Below are positions 52,142 through 61,307 of a stretch of DNA of 64,000 bases, one piece after another. Below the pieces are notes generated by a model. That model saw only the letters and a list, made by a program, of their open reading frames with translations. It was not told the DNA's origin and made no database searches. Positions within the stretch are counted from its first letter, which is position 1, and every line of letters starts with the position of its first letter. This DNA comes from Microcoleus sp. GTDB lineage: Bacteria; Cyanobacteriota; Cyanobacteriia; Cyanobacteriales; Microcoleaceae. The stretch spans positions 1,984,001 through 2,048,000 of the forward strand of contig CP181291.1 of assembly GCA_052279835.1 (NCBI GenBank). The letters run 5' to 3'. The position numbers were made by a program, and so were the translations under genes.

Positions 52142-54721
52142 TTATTCTGTGTCGCTAGCGGGGGGTGTTTCGCTGTCGTCACTAGCTTTTTGTTTTTTTT
52201 CTATTTGTCGTTTTTTGGTAAGTGGTGGTTGTTCGGGTGAAACATCCCTAGGGGGTTGTTGCTTTTTTTTCAATTGTCGATTTGTGACAACTGGTTTCGA
52301 TTCAGATTGAGGATGTGAACTAGATTTTTCGGTGTCTATAACAGATTCTCTTTCTACAACAGGTTCTGGTTCAGAATGTGCGATTAATTCTGGTGTCTCT
52401 ACAACTGGTTCAGAATGTGCGATTAATTCTGGTGTCTCTACAACTGGTTCAGAATGTGCGATTAATTCTGGTGTCTCTACAACTGGTTCAGAATGGGCGA
52501 TTAATTCTGGTGTCTCTACAACTGGTTCTGGTTCAGAATAGGCAATTAATTCTGATGTCTCTCTAATCGGTTCTGGTTCAGAATGTGCGATTAATTCTTG
52601 CTTTTCTACAATTTCCAGAAAATCTGCTACTGATTGCAGTTCGGGTTCCACATCACTATCACTTATCGACTCTTCTGTTGCTAAAACAGGTTCAGAATCT
52701 ACGATTAATTCTGTAGTTTCTCTAACAGATTCAGAATCTGGGATTAATTCTGAGGTTTCTCTAACAGATTCAGAATCTACGATTAATTCTGAGGTTTCTC
52801 TAACAGATTCAGAATCTACGATTAATTCTGAGGTTTCTAGAACAGATTCAGAATCTACGATTAATTCTGTAGTTTCTACAACAGGTTCAGTCTCTGGGAT
52901 TAATTCTGAGGTTTCTACCACAGGTTCAGTCTCTGGGATTAATTCTGAGGTTTCTACAACAGGTTCAGCATCTACGATTAATTCTGAGGTTTCTACAACA
53001 GGTTCAGAATCTGGGATTAATTCTGAGGTTTCTCTAACAGATTCAGAATCTACGATTAATTCTGAGGTTTCTAGAACAGGTTCAGAATCTGGGATTAATT
53101 CTGAGGTTTCTCTAACAGATTCAGAATCTACGATTAATTCTGTAGTTTCTACAACAGGTTCAATATCTGGGATTAATTCTGAGGTTTCTACAACAGGTTC
53201 AGAATCTGGGATTAATTCTGAGGTTTCTACAACAGGTTCAGAATCTACGATTAAGGCAGAATTTTCTCGAACAGGTTCAGAATCTACGATTAAGGCAGAA
53301 TTTTCTCGAACAGGTTCAGAATCTACGATTAAGGCAGAATTTTCTCGAACAGGTTCAGAATCTACGATTAATGCAAAATTTTCTCGAACAGGTTCAATAT
53401 CTGGGATTAATTGTGAGGTTTCTACAACAGGTTCAGAATCTACGATTAATTGTGAGGTTTCTACAACAGGTTCAGAATCTACGATTAATTGTGAGGTTTC
53501 TACAACAGGTTCAGAATCTACGATTAATTCTGAGGTTTCTACAACAGGTTCAGAATCTGGGATTAATTCAGAAGTTTCTACAACAGGTTCCGGTTCTGGG
53601 ATTAATTCAGAAGTTTCTACAACAGGTTCAGCATCTGGGATTAATTCTGAGGTTTCTACAATCGGTTCCGATGCAGGTTGAGAATCACTTACTTCCTGTA
53701 ATGTTTCTGCAACTGCCAAAGTTTGGGCAACTTCAGGTTCAGTTTCAATTAAAACATCTCCCTGCTTCTTTTGGGCCGTTGTCAGCTTTAAAAACACATC
53801 TTCCAAACTAGCGCGATTGCGACGCATTTCGCAGAGTCCAAAACCAGAGGCGATGATAGCTGCGGCAATTTCTCGTCCCGGTTCTATATCGGGTTCGCAC
53901 AGTGCCCGTAGGCGATAACGACCGGCTAAAGACTCTTGATTGGAGATTAATTCGATCGATCGAACACCGGGTAAATTTTCTACAGTCGGCAACAGCAGAC
54001 TGTTCAATAACTCTGGTTCCCCTTCCACTTCCATTTCATAGCCAGAATTAGCCGCCAACTCACCAGTCAAATTTTCGGGACTACCTGCTGCGACAATTTG
54101 ACCGCCATTGATGATGGTAACGCGGTTACAAGTCATGCTGACTTCGGGCAAAATGTGGGTAGAAAGAATGATTGTGTGTTGTCCCCCAAGGCTTTTGATT
54201 AAATTGCGAACTTCGATGATTTGTCGGGGGTCAAGACCGACGGTTGGTTCGTCTAGGATAATTACTGGGGGGTCGTGGACGATCGCCTGAGCGATGCCTA
54301 CTCGTTGCTTAAAGCCCTTGGAAAGTTTGCGGATTAAAACTTTCCGTTTTTCTACCAAGCCACAGCGTTCGATGGCTGAGGTGACGGAGCGCGCGCGATC
54401 GCCCGCCGGTACTTGCTTAATCCGGGCCACAAAAAACAGAAATCCTTCCACTGTCATTTCTGGATAGAGTGGGGGATTTTCTGGTAAATAGCCGATGCGC
54501 TGTCTGACAGCCATCGAATTTTCGTGAACATCGAGACCGGCGATACGGGCTGTACCGCTGGATGCTGGTAAATATCCCGACAAAATCCGCATGGTTGTGG
54601 TTTTGCCGGCACCATTAGGCCCCAAAAAACCCAGAATTTCCCCTGATTCGACCGAGAAAGACACATCCGCGATCGCTGCGGTGGAACCGTAAGTTTTGCT
54701 TAAGTGTTCTACTTCAATCAT
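52142..54721 (-). CDS. ABC ATP-binding protein (GldA-like) with a very long acidic repetitive C-terminal tail
   Basis: GPNGAGKTT, LSKGFKQR, LDEPT, STHIL, SLEDVFLKLT, then about 540 aa of mostly 13-aa repeats. Confidence 0.9.
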   Translation of the reverse strand: MIEVEHLSKTYGSTAAIADVSFSVESGEILGFLGPNGAGKTTTMRILSGYLPASSGTARIAGLDVHENSMAVRQRIGYLPENPPLYPEMTVEGFLFFVARIKQVPAGDRARSVTSAIERCGLVEKRKVLIRKLSKGFKQRVGIAQAIVHDPPVIILDEPTVGLDPRQIIEVRNLIKSLGGQHTIILSTHILPEVSMTCNRVTIINGGQIVAAGSPENLTGELAANSGYEMEVEGEPELLNSLLLPTVENLPGVRSIELISNQESLAGRYRLRALCEPDIEPGREIAAAIIASGFGLCEMRRNRASLEDVFLKLTTAQKKQGDVLIETEPEVAQTLAVAETLQEVSDSQPASEPIVETSELIPDAEPVVETSELIPEPEPVVETSELIPDSEPVVETSELIVDSEPVVETSQLIVDSEPVVETSQLIVDSEPVVETSQLIPDIEPVRENFALIVDSEPVRENSALIVDSEPVRENSALIVDSEPVRENSALIVDSEPVVETSELIPDSEPVVETSELIPDIEPVVETTELIVDSESVRETSELIPDSEPVLETSELIVDSESVRETSELIPDSEPVVETSELIVDAEPVVETSELIPETEPVVETSELIPETEPVVETTELIVDSESVLETSELIVDSESVRETSELIVDSESVRETSELIPDSESVRETTELIVDSEPVLATEESISDSDVEPELQSVADFLEIVEKQELIAHSEPEPIRETSELIAYSEPEPVVETPELIAHSEPVVETPELIAHSEPVVETPELIAHSEPVVETPELIAHSEPEPVVERESVIDTEKSSSHPQSESKPVVTNRQLKKKQQPPRDVSPEQPPLTKKRQIEKKQKASDDSETPPASDTE
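52370..53670 (-). repeat. Coding 39-bp tandem repeat (SEPVVETSELIxD), about 25 plus about 6 units
   Basis: Counted from the translation; two blocks separated by a short unique spacer. Confidence 0.9.
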
Positions 54722-54912
54722 TTTTCAGAAGTCAAGCGATGTTAGATTTCAGATTTGAGATTTTCCAAGTGACCCCACAGACCAATCCGGGGGATTGTGA
54801 GTTTAGTCCAGTCAGAACCAAATCTATCACAACAGGCGATCGTACTCGGAAGTGGGAGGATGGTTTTAGGCATCTCCCAGAAGTATAATGCCTAAGTCCT
54901 GACAAAAAAAAC

Positions 54913-56589
54913 TCAACTCCGTTTCCAAATCTTAATCTCCCCCAACCAACCAGCACTCACAATCATCTTCCCATCCCCACTAATCGCCACAGCACTAACA
55001 TAGCCAGAATGCCCGGTCAAAGTACCCCTCAAATCCCCCGATCGCACATCCCAAAGCCTAATACTCTTATCCCAACTCCCACTAAGGAGCGTACTACCAT
55101 CGCGACTAATTGCCACCGACCAAACCCCATCCGTATGGCCACTCAAACGCCGAATTAACTGCCCATTTCCCACATTCCACAAACCAATTGTACCGTTGCC
55201 ATTTCCCGCAGCCAAACTCTTGCCGTCGGGACTAAAAGCTACGGACAAAACCGATAAATTATTGCCGCTAATCGTGCGCATTAATTGACCACTAGCTAAA
55301 TCCCATAACTTAATCGAACCATCTTTGCTACCGCTAGCTAATACCCCCCCTAGCCCCCCCTTGCTAAGGGGGGGGATTTGAGGATTCGGACTTAGGGCAA
55401 CAGTATTTACTAAGCCAGAATGCCCGGTCAAAGTCCGTAGCAACTCCCCGGTTTTGAGCTTCCAAATTTTAATCGTTTTGTCCCAACTACCGCTAACTAA
55501 CAACTCACCATTGGCACTAATCGCCACAGTCGAAACCGCATCGGAATGCCCGCTCAAAGTTTGTAAAATAGCACCTGTTTCTAAATTCCAAATCTTGACC
55601 GTTTTGTCATCGCTACCACTAGCTAAAATCTTGCCATCGGGACTGATAGCTACGGCATTTACTGCTTCCCGGTGACTCCGCAGGGTAGTTTTCAATTCCC
55701 CACCGGGAAAATTCCAAACAGAGATAGTGCCGTTACTATTACCAGTGGCAAAATAATCAGTTGCCAAGGAAACGGAACTGACTACTTCTGCCGGGGCTTT
55801 GAGAGTATTTGTAGCAGCAAAGGCGATCGCACTTGCAGACTTGCGGGGCGAATTATTAACGGGATTTGAGGGTTTTTTGGCCGTGGGAGATTCAGGGACT
55901 ACTGGCAGCGAAATAGTCGATCGCCATTTCATGAAAGTATTTATTTCTATCCCCGCCGCCACGATTTTATCAGAATTATTCTCAAGCTTCACAATGCCAT
56001 TAATTGCGATCAATTTCCCCCCATCGTCGAGCACCGGACCGCCACTCATCCCCGCTCTCACCAAGTTATTGTATACTAATGTATAACCGTTCCAGGCAGT
56101 CTGACGGCCAGTCAGCAAGCCTTCTGTGGCAATGAAAATCGGCTGTTGGAGGGAACCACCAGATCTCGGCCAGCCCGCCACAATCGCCTTTTTTCCCGCA
56201 GTTGCTGGGGAATTGGCTAATTGAGCCAGGGGATAGCTTTCAGGGCTGCTGAAGGGGACGATCGCCAAATCCGCACCGGGCATTCGCCGGACTAAAGTAT
56301 AATATATAGAGTGAGATTTACCATCGGGAGTAATCACCCGATAATCACCAGCTTTGTCTACAACGTGCCAGTTAGTCAGAATATAGTAGGTGTTACCTTT
56401 TTTTTCTAAGATGACTCCCGAACCGCCTTTTGGCCCTTCAATGCGGACAGTGACAGCTTTAGCAACGGTTTTAACTTGGTCGGCGGTTAAGGCTAGGGCG
56501 ATTTGAGGTAAGGTGAAGGGGAGAAGAGAGATGGTGCTTAGGGCGATCGTCGCACTCAAAACAGCCGGGATTGTTTTGCTGTAATTCAT
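54913..56589 (-). CDS. Secreted trypsin-like serine protease with WD40 repeats
   Basis: Signal peptide; LTNWHV, ADLAI, GMSGGP catalytic triad motifs; 7 WD40 units. Confidence 0.9.
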   Translation of the reverse strand: MNYSKTIPAVLSATIALSTISLLPFTLPQIALALTADQVKTVAKAVTVRIEGPKGGSGVILEKKGNTYYILTNWHVVDKAGDYRVITPDGKSHSIYYTLVRRMPGADLAIVPFSSPESYPLAQLANSPATAGKKAIVAGWPRSGGSLQQPIFIATEGLLTGRQTAWNGYTLVYNNLVRAGMSGGPVLDDGGKLIAINGIVKLENNSDKIVAAGIEINTFMKWRSTISLPVVPESPTAKKPSNPVNNSPRKSASAIAFAATNTLKAPAEVVSSVSLATDYFATGNSNGTISVWNFPGGELKTTLRSHREAVNAVAISPDGKILASGSDDKTVKIWNLETGAILQTLSGHSDAVSTVAISANGELLVSGSWDKTIKIWKLKTGELLRTLTGHSGLVNTVALSPNPQIPPLSKGGLGGVLASGSKDGSIKLWDLASGQLMRTISGNNLSVLSVAFSPDGKSLAAGNGNGTIGLWNVGNGQLIRRLSGHTDGVWSVAISRDGSTLLSGSWDKSIRLWDVRSGDLRGTLTGHSGYVSAVAISGDGKMIVSAGWLGEIKIWKRS

Positions 56590-56698
56590 TTTTTTTTAAT
56601 TTAACATAGATTTTTTCAGTCCTCTGAAGACAACTTCAGCTTTGAGTAAGGGACTTAACTGCCTTGCTGGCTCTAACGGCTAGTGGAAAATATCAATT

Positions 56699-56743
56699 CA
56701 AGAAATGCTGTTAAGCAAATGGAGAGAAATACATGGCATTTAA
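56699..56743 (+). pseudogene. 3' remnant of a DUF4160-type gene
   Basis: QEMLLSKWREIHGI* overlaps the start of the DUF2442 gene; no intact upstream frame. Confidence 0.55.
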
Positions 56744-57185
56744 AAACTGGGACAAAGAATTAAGCGAGGAAAATCTCCGAGAGCAAATAGTCCAAGCAAA
56801 AGAAGCATGGAAACAAGCCGAAGCTACAGAGCCTCGCGCCGAATCTGTGTATTATAATCAGTCTGAAGATTTAATTACTATCAAACTGAAAAATGGCGCC
56901 ATTTTTTCTTTTCCTCCAAAGCTGGGACAAGGCTTAGAAGGCGCTTCACCAGAACAACTTGCTGATGTTTGGCTACCCCCTTCTGGTAGCAGCGTACACT
57001 GGGAAAGTTTAGATGTTGATTTTGGTATTCCCGAACTTATCGCAGGTATTTTTGGGACAAAATCTTGGATGGCTGAATTAGGTCGGAAGGGAGGAAAGGC
57101 AACTTCAACCTCTAAATCTGCCGCAGCAAGGCAAAATGGCAAAAAAGGCGGGCGACCTAAAAAGAATATTTCCGTTAATTCTTGA
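56733..57185 (+). CDS. DUF2442-domain protein (putative antitoxin)
   Basis: GLEGASPEQLADV, VHWESLDVD, AARQNGKKGGRP. Confidence 0.82.
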   Translation: MAFKNWDKELSEENLREQIVQAKEAWKQAEATEPRAESVYYNQSEDLITIKLKNGAIFSFPPKLGQGLEGASPEQLADVWLPPSGSSVHWESLDVDFGIPELIAGIFGTKSWMAELGRKGGKATSTSKSAAARQNGKKGGRPKKNISVNS

Positions 57186-57221
57186 AATCAATTTTTAGCA
57201 GTCAGATGTCATCGACTAAAA

Positions 57222-57249
57222 TCCCCGACTTCTTTGAGAAGTCGGGGAT
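57222..57249. terminator. Hairpin ATCCCCGACTTC-TTTGA-GAAGTCGGGGAT between convergent genes (terminator or REP-like repeat)
   Basis: Perfect stem of about 12 bp; a similar hairpin lies at 62967-62990. Confidence 0.55.
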
Positions 57250-57262
57250 TTTGCATTCAATT

Positions 57263-57961
57263 TCATGCCAAATCAAACAGCAAAAATTCAGCATCTGCTG
57301 TAGCTTCAATCACCAACTCAGACTCATCACTAACCGCAGCACCATCGCCCTGTTCCAAAGCCAAACCATTGAGCAAAACAGAGCCTCGCGCTACTTGCAC
57401 CCAAGCATAGCGATTTGACTGTAAAACATGAGAAACCCGCGCATCCTTATCCAAAACAGCCGCATACAAATCCACATCTTGATGAATTTTCACAGCACCA
57501 TCTCTAGCATCTCGCGCCGCCACTAACCGCAACCTTCCCTGTCTTTCTGCTAAGGGAAAATCCCGCTGTTCGTAACTTGGCTTCAATCCATTCCTATCGG
57601 GTAACAGCCAAATTTGGAGTAAATGAACCGGGTCAGTTGGCGAGTGATTGAACTCGCTATGCTGGATACCCGTACCAGCACTCATCCGCTGCACTTCACC
57701 AGGTTTAATCACCGCACCAGTACCCAAACTGTCCTTATGTTCTAATGCTCCTTCCAACACATAAGTAATAATTTCCATGTCCGTGTGACCGTGAGTACTG
57801 AAACCTTTGCCACCGTTAATGACATCCTCATTAATCACCCGCAAAGAGCGAAAATTCATATACTTGGGGTCGTAATAATTGGCAAAGGAAAATGTGTGAT
57901 AACTGTCCAGCCAACCGTGATTTGCGTGTCCTCTTGCTTCACTTTTGCGAATAGCAATCAT
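57263..57961 (-). CDS. Pirin-family protein
   Basis: [40 protein letters not shown]. Confidence 0.93.
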   Translation of the reverse strand: MIAIRKSEARGHANHGWLDSYHTFSFANYYDPKYMNFRSLRVINEDVINGGKGFSTHGHTDMEIITYVLEGALEHKDSLGTGAVIKPGEVQRMSAGTGIQHSEFNHSPTDPVHLLQIWLLPDRNGLKPSYEQRDFPLAERQGRLRLVAARDARDGAVKIHQDVDLYAAVLDKDARVSHVLQSNRYAWVQVARGSVLLNGLALEQGDGAAVSDESELVIEATADAEFLLFDLA

Positions 57962-58161
57962 TTTCCGAATCCTCTGTGAAACTGATAGGGTTGTTTTTGT
58001 TATATTTCAAGTTTAGACCAAGTAAAGCTATTATGGGAAGTACGCACTTTTAAGTTAGGTACTACCCAAAAAGTTACTACCACCAAATACTCTGCAACTG
58101 AAAGCAAGTATCTAGCTTCCGACAGAGTTCAATATTTCCACCGAATTCAACAATCATTAAA

Positions 58162-58560
58162 ATGAACCACACAGAGCGTCTTGCCACTCTCAACCGCATC
58201 CGCAAATTCAGCCGTTTGATGGATACCGCCATTGGCATCCCTGGCACCAAATTTCGCATTGGCTTAGATCCGATTATCGGTTTAGTACCAGGTGCGGGCG
58301 ACTTAGTAGATACCGCATTTTCCGCTTACTTAATTTATTTAGCAACTAGATTCAAACTGCCACCCAAAACTTTCGGAAAAATGATTTATAATATAAGTCT
58401 AGAAGCAGTCATCGGCTCCATACCTTTAATCGGAGATATCTTCGATGCTTTTTATAAATCAAACATCAGAAATCTGGCTCTTTTAGAAGAACACCTCGCA
58501 GTAGTTGAACCGGAATTAACCGCAGTTGCAGAACCGATTTCTGAATCGATCAAAATGTAG
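58162..58560 (+). CDS. DUF4112-domain protein
   Basis: LMDTAIGIPGTKFRIGLDPIIGLVPGAGD, GDIFDAFYKSNIRN. Confidence 0.85.
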   Translation: MNHTERLATLNRIRKFSRLMDTAIGIPGTKFRIGLDPIIGLVPGAGDLVDTAFSAYLIYLATRFKLPPKTFGKMIYNISLEAVIGSIPLIGDIFDAFYKSNIRNLALLEEHLAVVEPELTAVAEPISESIKM

Positions 58561-58858
58561 CAGCGGGTTCCAACAACAAAAATTGCCAGGAATCATCCCG
58601 ATTTTGTAAGGGGGGATGGGGGAAGGGGGACTTTGAGAAGACTCCTGTCCCCCCCTTCTTAAGGGGGGCTAGGGGGGATCTGGGCCTAGTCGTCAAACAA
58701 CAGTCTCTGACAGGGTTTGACGTTAAGTTGACACAAATGGCTTCGCCCCTACGAATATATTTGCCAAACACAGATGCACCCAATTGCCAATAACCAACAA
58801 ACTCTCAAACCCGCCCAACCCAATTGCCGTGTCCTGATTTCGGGTTATATAGCCTTTC

Positions 58859-59815
58859 TCAGATAGATGAGGTGCAATAACAGCAGTGAGTAAACCAATT
58901 CCACAGGTCTTGCTCATCAATTTGCTCAAATGCGCTTACTATCGCCGAGTCTAATGCTTGATAGGTTCTCGCACCAAAAGTACGGAGAAGATACTTCAGC
59001 TTTGACCATACATTTTCAATTGGCGAAAAGTCGGGAGAATACGGGGGTAAAAATATTAACTTTGCTCCCGCTTTCTTAATGGCTTTTTCTATTTCTTCCC
59101 CTTTGTGAATACTATAGTTGTCCATCAATACACAAGCACCTTTCCAGAGTTTTGGCACAAGTTTTCTGATGATAAAAGCCTCAAAAGTAATCCCATCTAT
59201 TGAGCCTAATAAATTCACTGATGTCAGCAGTTTTTTGACAGATATTGCTCCCAATATCGAGACATTTTTGCCACGTCTATTTGGTTTAGGCCCAAGGGCT
59301 CTTGAGCCTTTTAACGACCGGGCATATAATCTAACCATAGCTAGATTAACCCCCGACTCATCAATAAATATTAAATTATTCATATTCAGATTTCGGATTT
59401 GCTGCCAGAACTCATATCGAAGGTTTTGAACTCTGTCACTGCCTTTAGCTGAGGGGAAGAGAGTTTTTTTTTTGTAAGTTATGTTCAACCGTTGTGCCAT
59501 TCTTCCCATTGTAGCCCTACTGATATTTACGCCGATTTTTTGCTCGAGTAAATGACAGAGTTCTTCGAGGGTGGCATCGTTATTTTTTTCAATTAATTCC
59601 GCTAAAATAACCAGTTGTTCAGGTTTGAGTTTAAGTAGGCCCCCGCATCGATGAGTTTGAGGGGCAATACTTTGGGTTTGGCGATACTGTTTAAGCAATT
59701 TTTGAACGAAGCTAGTCGCCACACAAAACCGCTTGGCTATTTGTCTTTGTGAGATGGGCTCACTATGGTAAACATTAATTATTTTTTGTCGAAAGTCAAT
59801 AGAATAAGATTTCAT
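58859..59815 (-). CDS. IS630-family transposase
   Basis: MKSYSIDFRQK HTH; DDE motifs FIDESG, LMDNYSIHK, YSPDFSPIENVW; single frame across an A10 run. Confidence 0.92.
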   Translation of the reverse strand: MKSYSIDFRQKIINVYHSEPISQRQIAKRFCVATSFVQKLLKQYRQTQSIAPQTHRCGGLLKLKPEQLVILAELIEKNNDATLEELCHLLEQKIGVNISRATMGRMAQRLNITYKKKTLFPSAKGSDRVQNLRYEFWQQIRNLNMNNLIFIDESGVNLAMVRLYARSLKGSRALGPKPNRRGKNVSILGAISVKKLLTSVNLLGSIDGITFEAFIIRKLVPKLWKGACVLMDNYSIHKGEEIEKAIKKAGAKLIFLPPYSPDFSPIENVWSKLKYLLRTFGARTYQALDSAIVSAFEQIDEQDLWNWFTHCCYCTSSI

Positions 59816-59853
59816 TTTTAGTAAGGTGTGATGCTTTTTACAATCAGGGAATA

Positions 59854-59991
59854 GCTGTGACCCGATCGACTGCTTTTGGCGATCGACTGCTGTGACCCGA
59901 TCGACTGCTTTTGGCGATCGACTGCTTTTGGCGATCGACTGCTGTGACCCGATCGACTGCTGTGACCCGATCGACTGCTGTGACCCGATCG
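59854..59991. repeat. Two-unit tandem array (18-bp GCTGTGACCCGATCGACT and 17-bp GCTTTTGGCGATCGACT) in the IS630 leader
   Basis: Order A-B-A-B-B-A-A-A(partial); 8 CGATCG sites. Confidence 0.95.
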
Positions 59992-60164
59992 GGGCTTCAA
60001 TCACAAGATTGAATTAGAGCTGTGCGATCTTTTTGAACTAAATATTTTCCACTCTGTTCTTGTCAGTTACATTGTATCTCATCTACCTGAGAAAGGCTAT
60101 ATTAATTCCGATGCAACCGGAATTAATCTTAGATATTATTGGTAAAACCGCCCCTACCAAATAA

Positions 60165-61196
60165 TTACTGATAGCGCTTAACAGCTTCCACCAAAGCAAT
60201 CACATCTTCTTCTTTAGTATTAAAAGCCGTGACAATTCTGATTGTACACCCAGTTTCGCTATCCCAGCGATAAAACTGGAATCCTTCAGCTAAAACTGCC
60301 ACTATTACAGATTCAGGAAGTTGAATAAAAATTTCATTCGCTTCTACAGGATGACAAAAAATTACTCCCTCAACTCCCGCCAAACCTTGCGCTAACTTAG
60401 CAGCCATCTGATTTGCATGAGCAGCATTTTTTAGCCACAAATCATCAGTTATATATGTTGACAACTGGGCAGACAAAAAACGCATTTTAGAGAACAAATG
60501 CCCACTACGCTTGCGGTAAAAAGGAAAATTATTGGCCAATTTTTTATTAAAAAAGACCACTGCTTCCGCCGCCATTGCACCATTTTTAGTCGCTCCAAAG
60601 GAGAGAATATCGACCCCAGCCCGCCAAGTCACATCTGCTGGAGAACAGCCAAGACTGGCGACAGCATTAGCAAAACGAGCTCCATCCATATGCAGGTGTA
60701 AATTATGGTGACGAACCACTTCTGAAATCTGGGAAATTTCCGCCGGAGTGTAGATAGTTCCAGCTTCCGTTGCTTGAGTGATGCTGACGGCGGCTGGCTG
60801 TACGTGGTGGACGACTCCTACACCCGCACGCGCCAGACTTTTTTCTAAAGTTCCTGCATCAATTTTAGCATGATTTCCTGTTATTGTCACCAACTTTGCA
60901 CCACCGCTAAAAAACTCCGGCGCGCCACATTCATCAAGATTAATATGAGATTCCCCATGACAATAAACAGCACCGTAAGGAGGTGTTACAACTGCAAGAC
61001 TCAGAGCATTAGCAGCGGAACCAGTGGCTACGGGAAAAACCGTCACCGATGTCTCGAATAGTTCAGACAACTTAACTTGCAAACCTTTTGTATATTCATC
61101 ATCGCCATAGGATGAAACACTACCACAATTAGCTGCTGCGATCGCCGCCATGATTTCTGGGGAAACACCCGTTGTATTGTCGCTACAAAAATTCAT
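60165..61196 (-). CDS. ltaE: Low-specificity L-threonine aldolase
   Basis: MNFCSDN, TGSAAN, DECGAPEF, HMDGARFANA, SFGATKNG. Confidence 0.92.
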   Translation of the reverse strand: MNFCSDNTTGVSPEIMAAIAAANCGSVSSYGDDEYTKGLQVKLSELFETSVTVFPVATGSAANALSLAVVTPPYGAVYCHGESHINLDECGAPEFFSGGAKLVTITGNHAKIDAGTLEKSLARAGVGVVHHVQPAAVSITQATEAGTIYTPAEISQISEVVRHHNLHLHMDGARFANAVASLGCSPADVTWRAGVDILSFGATKNGAMAAEAVVFFNKKLANNFPFYRKRSGHLFSKMRFLSAQLSTYITDDLWLKNAAHANQMAAKLAQGLAGVEGVIFCHPVEANEIFIQLPESVIVAVLAEGFQFYRWDSETGCTIRIVTAFNTKEEDVIALVEAVKRYQ

Positions 61197-61307
61197 GTTA
61201 ATAATTAGTAATTACCATCTATAATATAACTCAAACACCAGGCAGTTGTCGCGGTTATATTTTAAATATTGAAATTTTAAAATTATTCAAAATAAATTAA
61301 TCTCACC

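Larger units (their letters stand above)
58850..60099 (-). mobile_element. IS630-family element, apparently intact
   Basis: TA|TAGCCTTTCTCAG...CTGAGAAAGGCTA|TA terminal repeats with TA duplication. Confidence 0.92.

Noticed and set aside
52370..53670. Possible CRISPR array (regular 39-bp period)
   Set aside because: It is an in-frame coding tandem repeat without unique spacers.
59854..59991. Possible CRISPR or mini-array
   Set aside because: Units are directly adjacent and only two variants alternate; there are no unique spacers and no cas genes.
59816..60004. N-terminal extension of the IS630 transposase (IGSQQS repeats)
   Set aside because: It translates the tandem array; the family-typical start is MKSYSIDFR at 59815.
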